This document shows positions 39,293 through 50,900 of a stretch of DNA of 60,555 nt, piece after piece. Below the pieces are notes generated by a model that was not told the DNA's origin, did not search any database, and was given only the letters and a program-made list of their open reading frames with translations. The stretch lies in NCBI RefSeq assembly GCF_000002075.1, contig NW_004797320.1, forward strand, positions 1,104,412-1,164,966, given 5' to 3'. Position 1 is the stretch's first letter; every line of letters begins with the position of its first letter. A program made the position numbers and the translations under genes. This DNA comes from Aplysia californica. Taxonomy: Eukaryota.

Positions 39293-40871
39293 TATTTTTT
39301 CATGAATTTAATTTTCACATATTCTGCGAGAAGTTTTGTCTATAAATGTGCTAAGGAACTAGAAGAAACAACAGAAAAAAAGAAGCGTCATGAAACTCAA
39401 GGGGCAAAATTCTGCTCTTGCATTTGATCATTTCCACACATGGAACTATTTTGTAGACCTTTAACTTTTAACTAAACGTCACATATTTCAATTCTTTCAA
39501 TGTCTCATACTGACAGAAGAACAACTATAATGTGCGTTCAAATAAAAAGTGAAAGGGTTTTTAGATAAGTCAGTATGCACAGATTTGAGCTATGAAGCAG
39601 ATGACCATGATTTGAATTCCGAAAGGGGGCCCTCCAGAATTATTTGGGGAGTTACTCTCAGTTACCACAGCACTCAGACAACTTGGCTCAACTCGGTTAA
39701 GTTTTGTTTGAGATGGATGTCATATTGGGAGGTCCCACCTGGTCAATGACCTCACAATGTTCAACCCCTTCGTTGCTTTATAATGTACCTGGTAGCCTAC
39801 ATAACGGAAATGCAGAACTGTTAGCTTTGTGCCGTTCCCTGGAAGACAAGGAACTTGGCAAAATTTGCTGTTTCTGGTTGCCTATAAGACATTCCATGTA
39901 TGTCCTGCTAACCATGTGACTTGGATTCTTCTTTATGGAAATTTAGCCACAAGCACAGCATGGATTCGTATTTGGAAATAAAAAATGTTCCTATCGATTA
40001 CAAATTTGCTGGTATTGATTTACTGATAGATAGGTGTGAAATCGGTCGATAAACACAGGCCTACCCCCCCCCCCCCGGGAAGTACCACTGACTGTAGTGT
40101 CTTTAAGCCATTCCCAAAGGGGGGGGGGGGGCATTTCTCGTTCAAGCACAGTAAAATTGAAAATGGGCTGATTCATCATGTCACACCCATAACTGCCTGA
40201 TTTACAACAGGGAACTGCCGCTTTTTCTATCCTAATCCTTACTACTATTGTCATTTTCCTCTGCTTCTTTGTATGTTTGTCACACTCTTGTGACCTGCTA
40301 TTTCAGGGGTGCCTTATAGTATAGTCGAAGCAGACCTTGTGCTGTTGAAGCTAGAGAGGTGAGCAGAGTAAGTCTGATTCCCTGTAAAGACTTCTCTGTT
40401 GACATCCACCTCTTGGCGCTCATATGACCCTTTGCAGTTGCGAGCGCAGTAAAACCCTCTACTATAACCCCCCCCCCAAAAAAAACCCCCCAAAAAACAA
40501 CCAAAAAACAGTGGCCTAGTTATCCTGACAAAACCATGCTCTCGCAAATTGTAAACATCAAAATGACCTTGAAAATGCTACAAATTTCACTTTTTGAAAT
40601 ACATTTGCAAGTTTTTCAAAATTATGGATAAGATGGGGTATACAGGTCAGGGAATGAGGACAGTGAGAATATCGAAGATGCGGGGTTTGAATGTCTTGAG
40701 TGGGCTAGATCTAGACCGAGAGCGAACACTGAGACATAAGACTGCTGTTCTGGCTAACGAGCTTAGCTGAAAACCAATGCTGAGTGAGAGTGAGAACTGG
40801 CGCCCCCCTGACAATGAAAGGGTTTAAAGGGATTTAAAGCCACACCCTACCCGGTTAATAAGTACATATTT

Positions 40872-41260
40872 AAGAGGGCTCTTGTGATCTAGAGGACCTC
40901 TCAATCAGTAAGTCCCAGATTCGAAACCGGATCGCAACGAAAAACGTTCTTCTCTTAAATTTTCTACTTTTACCTCTTTCCTGTTCTCTCTTCATCTGCT
41001 TTCATCTTTAGGTTCTGTGCGCCCCCCCCGCCTCCCCCCTCTGGGCTTCTGACTCTTTTCTTCTGCTACTCCTGGCTCCTTCTTACTGCTATCTTTCAGC
41101 CACACCCCTGATCTTAGAGTAGAGGTAAGATCAAACACCTCGCCTTCTTGGAGGTCTTGTGTGCAAGTTGCGAATGTTAAAGATCCCTTGATGGTCCTAA
41201 AATTAATAAGAGTAGGCTTTGGTCACCACTCGTGCCTAAATTCAAAATTAATTCCTACAA
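40872..41260 (+). mobile_element. Degenerate copy of the main tRNA-SINE family
   Basis: Head, pyrimidine-rich body and gtgcaagttgcg..ttaaagatccc..ataagagtaggc domain shared with 59443-59965. Confidence 0.72.
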
Positions 41261-41620
41261 GAACCGAAAACTCTTATGTTGGTATAAAAACATGTAGAGC
41301 TCTTTCAAAATCGGAAAGTGGTTAAGGGTAAACGGTCCTATTGAGTAGGAAAATTGGTCTATGTAAAAATCAGTTGTACATCAGGCTGAAGAACCAGCAG
41401 CTGACTACTCTTGAGATCTAGCACAGAAGAAAAAGAAATAGTAAGACAGACCCTTCTACCTTCTTTGATTCAAAACGTACTACAGATTCTTTTTTGGGAG
41501 CGTAACTTTATCATCATTATCAAGGAAGTCAAGAGCAGAAGGAAGGGAAGTAATACTTGGGCAATCTACTTCCTCTATGTCAACTGCCCAGACAAAGCTA
41601 TATCATGCATACTGCTTTAA

Positions 41621-42404
41621 CCCTTTGAGTCCTTGCCACTGGTACCACAACCTGGCCCGCCTGAGACAAAACGTGTACAGAAAACAGCAATTACTACACG
41701 AGACCTTATTAAAATGGAAACCATATATTATATATAACAGGTCCGGTAATGACAGGGAACCGGTAATAACAGGGATTTTTTCCAACTCTTTGTCTCTATT
41801 AAAAGTATCGGCAATAACAGGGCCTCATCGGAGCCCAATCGGTTGTAGCAGGGACAANNNNNNNNNNNNNNNNNNNNNNNNNNNNNNNNNNNNNNNNNNN
41901 NNNNNNNNNNNNNNNNNNNNNNNNNNNNNNNNNNNNNNNNNNNNNNNNNNNNNNNNNNNNNNNNNNNNNNNNNNNNNNNNNNNNNNNNNNNNNNNNNNNN
42001 NNNGCCCACGCAAGCCACACCACTGCAAGAACACGCAGCGGGTGAAGCGAGAGAGGGCTGCGGTGTGCTGCAGAGTTCATCTAGCCCTAAGCCTCGCTAC
42101 ACTACCCGTGAATACTAAATACAGCTGGATTAGTCCACAAATGCTTACTTCCATTGCATTTCTGATTTAAAAGGGATCTGATATAACGACTTTTTCTCAG
42201 GTACCACCATCCCTGTTATATCAGGTTTCCACCGTAATTAGTAATTATTTTAAAGATCTTTTGAATTAAAAGCTGATAATGATGAAGACTACCGCAGGTG
42301 GAATGTGGAATGTGCTTCTGACGATCACATGAATGTTAGTAATATATCACTCAGGAGCTCAGGCAGGGGGGCACGGTAGCCTCAGGAGGTCAGGGCTCAA
42401 AGGG
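41621..42404. mobile_element. piggyBac-like non-autonomous element (spans an N gap)
   Basis: TTAA|ccctttgagtcct ... agggctcaaaggg|TTAA. Confidence 0.75.
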
Positions 42405-42725
42405 TTAAGATTATCAAGATGCAAAGGGCTGTCAAATAAAATAAAACCCTTTGGGACTGAAATTTCTCATTTCTTTGTGCAGGATTTTCTCTCAGCCCAT
42501 GACTGATACATTAAAAAACACCCTTTCAAAGAAGCCATTGTACAGTTTGAATCTAAAAAGCTGAATTTTCCTGCTTTTTATATAGTTAAACATACTCTTT
42601 CGAGAATTAAAAGAGGTAGATGATCAACCATAACCGATCAAAATTGCCCATACAATTGGAAAAAATAATGATAAACAATAACTTAACGAAATAAAACGCG
42701 AATGCAGCTGAAAAGTACATAAAAT

Positions 42726-42731
42726 TTTATT
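42726..42731 (-). promoter_or_regulatory. Candidate SNUPN polyadenylation signal
   Basis: AATAAA on minus followed by U/GU-rich sequence, ~1.3 kb after the stop; other AATAAA candidates exist. Confidence 0.35.
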
Positions 42732-44046
42732 CACAAAACGGTTTGACCAAAAAAAAAAAAAAATGAGGGGATACATTGTTTGCTCTTCAAATTCAAAACT
42801 GGACACATTTTGACACCATGACCATGAACATTAATGATCTCACAGTCTTTTTGGTTTTCCCTGCACAAGATCAGCTAAGATATAAAGTACAGTCTAGCAC
42901 GCACATACTAAAAAATGCACATTTTGAACAGACTTCAGATCCCAAATTTTTTTCTTTTCCAAATGTGCTCATAGTGAACAAATTTTCAGGTCCCACATTT
43001 TTTCCTCATTTATTCTTTGTATTAAAAATGCACACATAATGAAAACAATTAGTACACAACGAAAATAGTGGCTTCAGTGAGGGTAGATTTAATTTAAACG
43101 ACGCCAAATTTCATTCACCAAAGAGGCCATGATGAAGAGTGAGAAAGGAGAGGGAGAGAGATGGAGGGGGGGGGGGGAGGAGGGGGCAAAGTATGAGTGT
43201 AGACCAACGACATTTATTAGCCGAGAGGCCAACAACGTGTTTATTGCATACGTCACTGAAGTGTTAAGCTGGTAGATCTCACCTGCAGACTTCATTTGCA
43301 TGTCGATAGTCTGCAGTTGCGTGACGGCATGTAGATCTACAAGTCAGCACATGATGAACAGAGTTTTGATTTTCAACGATTTTGTTAAGTGTGTGCTAGA
43401 CTGTAATTCACTCTAGCTTCAAAAGATTTGCTTTCAGTGACACATCCTGATACATTAAAATTTTGAAGAAATAAATCAACTCAGAAGCTAAAACAACAAA
43501 GTTTATGTACATTATTACATTCTGGTGAATTATCTTCCTGCAGCTTTGAGAGACTTGAAAATCTCCCATCTTAGAAACATTCTCTGCAAGAAAATTGCCA
43601 CTCTTGCATCCTTATCACGGCTAAAGAACGATAACAGCAATATCATTCAGAGATGAAAGACTTCCTTGTTCCATAATATAGGCAACTTCAAACATACAGC
43701 ACATTTGAGTAAAAACTTCTTCCACAAAGAAAAATACCACTCACCTTCACCATATTAAAAGAAGTGTCCAGATTTGTACATTGATAATGTCCCCACATCC
43801 TTCTCATGTCCTGTTGTCCAAATGCACCAATCTTACCCATCATACATCTATACAAAATAACTCAAATCTTTCAGCAGGTGCAATTTCACCCTCCTAAATC
43901 ATTTTGACACTTAATTGCCAGGTGTCCAATTTCACATCACTAGCTCACCATAAAAACCAACTTCACAAACGCCACCACACAACACAATTACTCCCAGAAC
44001 ACCAGACACACAACACAATCACTCCCAGAATACCAGACACACAACC

Positions 44047-44322
44047 TTATGCTTTTGCCTCTTCTGAAGCCATCACGTCAGGTGTGTTAGTCTGTGTCAC
44101 GTCCCCCTCTATCGCCTCAATGTCAATCTCAGCACCAACAGCGCCTTCCACCGGCTCCGTGTTTGACACTTCCATGTTCATGCCTCTGGAAGAGTGATGT
44201 TGACCTCTACCTCTGCCTCTCCCGCGGCCCCTGCCCCTGGGAAAATGACCTCCACGACCTCTCTGGGGACTGTTCCTTCTTTCTTCTAACTTCTTCTCGC
44301 GAGCAATTCTGTCACTTTCCAC
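44047..44322 (-). CDS. SNUPN: SNUPN last coding exon with RG-repeat and acidic tail
   Basis: Polypyrimidine tract + tttaag acceptor, phase 0 after HLKK, open to TAA. Confidence 0.8.
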   Translation of the reverse strand: MESDRIAREKKLEERRNSPQRGRGGHFPRGRGRGRGRGRGQHHSSRGMNMEVSNTEPVEGAVGAEIDIEAIEGDVTQTNTPDVMASEEAKA

Positions 44323-44967
44323 CTTAAAGCACAAGAGAAAAAAAATGGGAGGAAAGATATAGCTAACAGTCAGTTATTATACAGGTACAAGCAATGTCCT
44401 GAGGAACACATGAACTACATGTTATATCAGATTAACATAACCAATGTTCTGATGTTTGAAATTATATAAAATACAAACATAGCAGTGAATGGCAAACTTT
44501 TCTTCAGTAATGGCTGCCAGCAACAGGTATGTACTAAGCTGAGTGGAGTTCCCTTAAACCGAACACTGTTAATACAAAAACGGTAAACTGAGAGAAAATG
44601 GAAGTCTATATTTTTTTTCTTCACTATTTGAGCAATCTCTCTAAATCTAAAGCACGGCTAAACCAAAGAGAATCCGGCCTTCATGGAGATTTACTTCATT
44701 TAAAAGACTCCACTGTATTTCTAAAAGAACAAATGAACCAGTACCTGCAGTCTAGGAAAAGCAAATGATGATGTAAGTGTACAAACATATAACAAGACCT
44801 GCCACTCTATGAAATCTAATAATTAGGATCCCAGAGGGGAAAAATCAGGATTTTGTGAAAAAAATCTATAAAAACTACAACAAATCACCAATGTCACTGC
44901 CAAGCTGATTTATAAATTTTCCAGGGGTATCCATAGATATATCCTAGCACAGGCCCTGTGTGTGTGC

Positions 44968-44998
<31 letters not shown>

Positions 44999-47900
44999 TG
45001 TGTGCGTGTGCGTGTGCGTGTGTGTGTTTTATCATTATTTTTTAAAATCCTGAAGTATCACGTTAAGGACTCCTAGTCCAAGTGAATACTCCCCTCTACC
45101 CGTAATTCTCAATAGACGCTTCAACGAGTGTGCATGAACATAAGTTGACCCCGTTAACGGATGGTCTTCGACACACGCGAAACCCGTGTGATGCGAACGC
45201 ACGATTGAAACTGTTTTACTGACGGGTCTTGTTGATGGGCCTGATTAACCAGAACTTGGACAAAGCTTGTTTTGAAAGTAACAGCAGAACTATGAATAAT
45301 ATTAATCATTTGTATGCCGCAACTGAAACCGAGATCAGGCCATCATCAAGGAATTCTAGGTGGAAACAAAAGTAGATCCTGAAAATATCCCAAGTCGGAA
45401 TGCCAAATCGATACTACTTCCATTATAATTGAAATAACATGTGAGAACAGAGATCCAACACAACTTGCGATGAGTTAGCTACTAAATCCAGCATCGATAT
45501 TTAGGAATATAGTGTTCCAAGTTACTGCTGACAAATACCTTAACGGATGCTTCCCATGACAGAGAACAAGGCGGAGTAAGTTTTTGGAAAAATCCGGCGC
45601 TAGAAAATTTGGGATGCTAGAGATTTGAGGCAAAAAATCGGGATATCCCGATTAAATCGGGATGAGTGGCAGGTCTGTATAACAAATTCATGGCGACTGT
45701 TGAGATCAAACAGTTTACATTTCCACAATTATTTAGGGAACATTTCAAACACAATCAGAAAAAATGTTAACTCTAATCTCGCACAAGCCTCATACCAGAT
45801 TGACTTTTACAATTTCTAATAATTTTTACCAGTTACCTACGATCTAAACCCAATTAATTTCTCGAAGGACATATCTGTTCTCTAACCTTTTCCATTGTCT
45901 GTGAGTCTATTCTGAGACCAACAAGTTCTTCTTCTTCTTCTCTGTTCCCCTGCTATTCCAAAAAAAGCTTTAAATAGAATGAGATGTCTACCACTCATGT
46001 ACAAGATTGAAACTTACTTTCTTCAAGTGATCAGCATAGTTGGTGTAGTGACTGGGTCTGTGAGTCATCTGGTTCTCTGGTACAGAGATTCCCAAGATTT
46101 CCGGCAGCATGTGGGGCTTGAGCCAGACTACCAGGGGAGTGGAGCCAAAAGTGTAGTGAGTTCTCTTGTGGAAGAACAGCAGCCCATCAACCTGCACAAA
46201 AAGCAAAATTGTCACGATCATATATCACAAGTTCACAACTCCTCAGTTAAAGACTCTATCTTGCATCCGTTTGACAAGATGAAAAGTGTAAAAACTTTAG
46301 AAAATAAAAATCTTCATTTCTATAACAAATATGATGTCAACAACACTAAACATTAGCTGAAAATAAACATTACCTTTTGACAAAGAGCTTAAGAAAATCA
46401 TACAAATTACCTGAAATGTTTAACATTTCAGCAGAAGCTTTGTGCAAAACAAAACCAAAAAAAAAAGAGTGCGAGAAATAATTGGGGACTGAGTAATAAA
46501 ACAGAAGCCATCAAGATTGCACTATCAGTTGTCAAGGTAGTGTAAGTAAAGTATAACCCTCCTCCCCTCATGTCTTTGCGCATCATAACCACAACTGTCC
46601 ACTGTTCTTGTGAGTCATAACTGCAACCCCACTGTCATGGAAACTAGCNNNNNNNNNNNNNNNNNNNNNNNNNNNNNNNNNNNNNNNNNNNNNNNNNNNN
46701 NNNNNNNNNNNNNNNNNNNNNNNNNNNNNNNNNNNNNNNNNNNNNNNNCCCCTCACTTCTCACTTTCAGTAACCTCAGATGTTGCGCATTTGGTAAAATA
46801 GTTTGAATTGGGTGACTATACTCTACTTTTATCGTAAAGTCAATAACAATCCAATTTTCATAGCGAATGAGACGTTTCATAGTTATAATTGTGGCAACAA
46901 GTTGGCACATTTCCTCTTTATGCTGAAACTTACCTCAAATGTAGCATCAGAGACAGCTGCAGCAATGTCTTCCTGTTCACATCTGAAACTGGGCAGGGCC
47001 ACAAATTTGAACTGAAACAAAAAGAAGACACAAATTGATAATTTCCAAGAGCATATCTTTTTTCTAATTGCTTTTAGAATGTTTGTTTTGTGAGGATATT
47101 CAAAGTTACTTAGGTCTCTACCAATTGTTCTTGATGCCTTTCTGATCAACTTATTTATTTTCATGATGAGCTGTCTTCCCAAATTGCTACCATAGCAAGA
47201 GATACCAAAATTTTATTGTGGTGGAGGAAAATATCTGAAGGATGGATGGATTCAGATTGAAAGACCCAAGTTTCCTCAGAAGGTACAGCCTCTAATTTAC
47301 CTTTTTAACGATATTGTATATGTGATTTTGCCATGTAAATTTGTTGTCGATTGTAAGACCAAGATATTTATTTGTATGAATCCGTGATTTTAATTGTTTC
47401 TTGTTCAATTACGAGTGGTGGGATTGTTGGTTTTTCTCTTCTAAAATAAAAAATCATTTCCTTCGTTTTTGAAAGGTTAACTTTTAGAAAATTTGAATTG
47501 CACCATTTAAAAAACATACATATTTCTTCGAAATACTCTTTTTCATCAAAATTTATTAATCCAATAATAGCGGCGCCATCTACAAACTTAATTAAGCGTG
47601 TTGTTTTATATTTACTTCTTTGATCCTTGGTACAAATTGTATACAAACTGGTTACAAAACACACCCCTGACTGCAGCTGACTAACCAGTAGTTTGTGACT
47701 GTTAATCAAATCACTCATAGCAATGAATGCTGATAATTGTTTTTCACAGTGCTACTGCTTTTATAGTCGGCAGACCATTACAGTTATCGGAACTATGACC
47801 ACAGAATTCGGGGTAGAATCAAACATAGAAATTTAATTTCTTGATCCAGACTATGCAGTTAGAAAAAAATGCCCTGTTGTTCCCAAGCACCTTTTGCCTT

Positions 47901-50900
47901 TGTCCTTCTGCTACTTTGGGTTCTTTTTTCTTTTTGGTCCTGCATTGCACCATTACAACAAAACAACTCCCTTCCACCTGTAAATCAGTCGACAACCATG
48001 GGTAAGAAATTCCCCAAACACACTGTTGTCTGACCAGAAGTTTGCTTGGACATGGCCTTGTCTCTACTTCTTATATAGCTGTTTGTTAGTGTGAAACTCA
48101 TCTCAGAACCTGAATCTGAGATCGAATACAGTATCAACACCAGTGACAGTATGTGAATTTGCTCTTTATATAAGAATTTGCATTCAAAGTTTGAAGAGCA
48201 AATCACATTTTCCCAGGTCTTTCCTGGATCCATCTACCAGGACTCCTTACTTCTTGGGTCTTAGAGATTTTATTCACATTCCTGGGGCCCTGTAAACTGT
48301 AATGTTCCACCTTGTAGACAGCAAGTCCAAACAACAAAGAGTCCGGGAATGGAAAGACAATCCAATGAACATCTAACTCAGCATACAAATTTTGCTTATA
48401 TTTCATTGACTTACTCGATTCGTGTTTGATTTGTCAGCCAGAGTGCTGTTCTCCTTCAACTTTTCATGGAGCCAGTAAAATCGAAACTCCGTCTTGAATG
48501 TGACAAGAAGAAAAAGAAAAAAAAGGAATTAAGACAAATTAATTATCTCTGTGGTAAATTAATAATAACAATAAAGTTCATTTATATAATACTCATCCGA
48601 TAAAAAAAAAGAGAAAAGATTTTATCATGCAAAACTATGTGCACTCTCCACATACTCAAAAAAGCAAAGATAGGCAAAGAAATTCAGTCCTTATCTATGA
48701 TATTATTGATATGTCTGAAACACCTGTGACAGTTTCTTGGTTCTTAATTTTCACTTGTACAAAAAAGCAACAAAAAGGAATCTTGTACTCTACCCTTTTG
48801 TAAAAACTTTTACCAGCTGGAAGATACATGGGCACTATGGCACACTTCAATAAAATAGACATTGAAAAATACTAGGCTATAATCATTATAATTGTGGTGA
48901 TGGATTCAAATGCTGTAAGACTCAAGACAGGATAATTCTACCTGTTTGGACCCACTTTACTTCCTAACTGACTGATTACTCTAAATTTTTGTCAAATCAC
49001 ACTCGTGAATTCACCCCTGTGGATTTCAAAGCAAAGAAAGACTGCTGATTAAATAGCAACTTGATCCCAAGTCCCGTCAATATTTCATCCCCCCACCTTT
49101 CCAATTAACTGGATCTTATGCAGAAATTACCACATGACTCTACTTTAAGTGGTAAAAGTACAATAAAACACTCCATGCCTTTGCACATCCTGATGATCAC
49201 AGCCCACTATTTCCTGTTCCCGTAAGACACAGCTGCCACTCAACTGTGACCCAGGATCATCACACTAGTTCAAGCCCATGCAAAATGGGAAAAGGCCAAC
49301 TATTTTTTTGAGTGTGTGAAAGTGTTTTACTGCGCTCGCAACTGTATAAGGTCATATGAGCGTGCGGGACACATTAAACTTTTTCATGGTAGGAAATTTT
49401 TTAATTTTGCCCGGGTGGCGGCCGAAGCCTACTCTTATCAATTTTAGACCACCAAGGGATCTTTAACGTGCGCAACTTGCACACTGGCCCTCCGCCCTCC
49501 GAGATTTTTCACCCTTGTCCAAGAAGGCCAGGTGTAGATCTTTCCTACGAGAAGATCAGATGTGTGGCTGAAAGACAGAGGTAAGAAGGAGCCAAGGAGT
49601 AGCAATAGAAAGGCTGCAGAAAGAATCAGGAGCCCAGAGACAGGGGCAAAGGAGGTGAGGGGGTGGGGGCAGAAAGAGGAGACGAAAGCAGATGACAGAA
49701 CATTTCTAGAGAGCAGGAAAGGAGGTGAAAGGAAACAATTTTAGAAAAGAGAATTTATTGGTCGGTACCCGGATTCGAACCCGCGACCTTTGAATGAGAG
49801 GCCAACACCATGAGAGCCCCCAGGGCCAACTATACTTTTACCCACAGAATGAGTAGTAAAAGTGCAAGCAACACACCTCTTGACGTACCAACAACAACCA
49901 ATTGACTGTGAAATCAGGAAAAGAAGATAGCAATGGATTAGATACACGTAGCTTAGGGACCCAGCCCACAACTTGACAAGACAAAGCCTTAGATTGAATT
50001 CGCAGGAGCGGAGCGAGAGAGGAACGCCAAAATCCACCTGGGAGCGAAATCTGCCCGCAGATCTCAGGCATATGGGATGGAGCTCAGCTGGCAGAAGGCA
50101 GAGAAGTTCAATCAGAACAGAGACACACGGAGAGCCCTTCTCGGTAGCCTATACCGATTACCAGGAGAAAGAAAAGGGCAGATGGTGTTGATGGACCCAC
50201 CTCTGAGTCATACACTGTACACCCATTCCAGCACATTAAATCCAAAATGTAATACGTCTGTTGGGCCTCACTGTACAGGCAGTCCAATATCGTAGCCCCA
50301 CCTGAAGAAAAAAGAAAGCATAACCTTCTCAGTAAAATACAAATAATAAGAAGAATTGCATTTTTATAGTGCATATCCATGCTCCAAGGCATGCTCTATG
50401 TGCTTTACAAATATTATTACCCCAGCAGACCCTATAGCACTCAGAAACATTTTCAGCTTCCCGGGAAGTACACAATGAAAGCAGCCGATTAAGAACTCAA
50501 ACACTAACCAACTGACAAGATCTTTCGTTGTCTATATCCGGATACCCAGTCCTACCAGGGAAAAGATAGGAAAATTTGTGATAAGTGCCTTTCCCAAGGA
50601 CAAAATGTTAGGCCCCCCGGTCGGATTCGAACCCAAGACAATGTGGTTGCAGTCAGAGAGCCAAACCAACCACTAGACCACCAACACCTCAAACCAGGGA
50701 TTACAATGATAACTACTCCAAGGCTGCTGGTAAGCTAAAAATCTTTATACCCATGATTTCTAAATACTTTACTTATTTTTAAAAAAGCACAAATTACATT
50801 GCGATACTATAATTATAAGCCATAACAACAACAAAATAAATAGTAGTAAAAGAAGTCAAAAAGTCCTTTTCGGACATTTTTCAAAATTATGTCATACATC

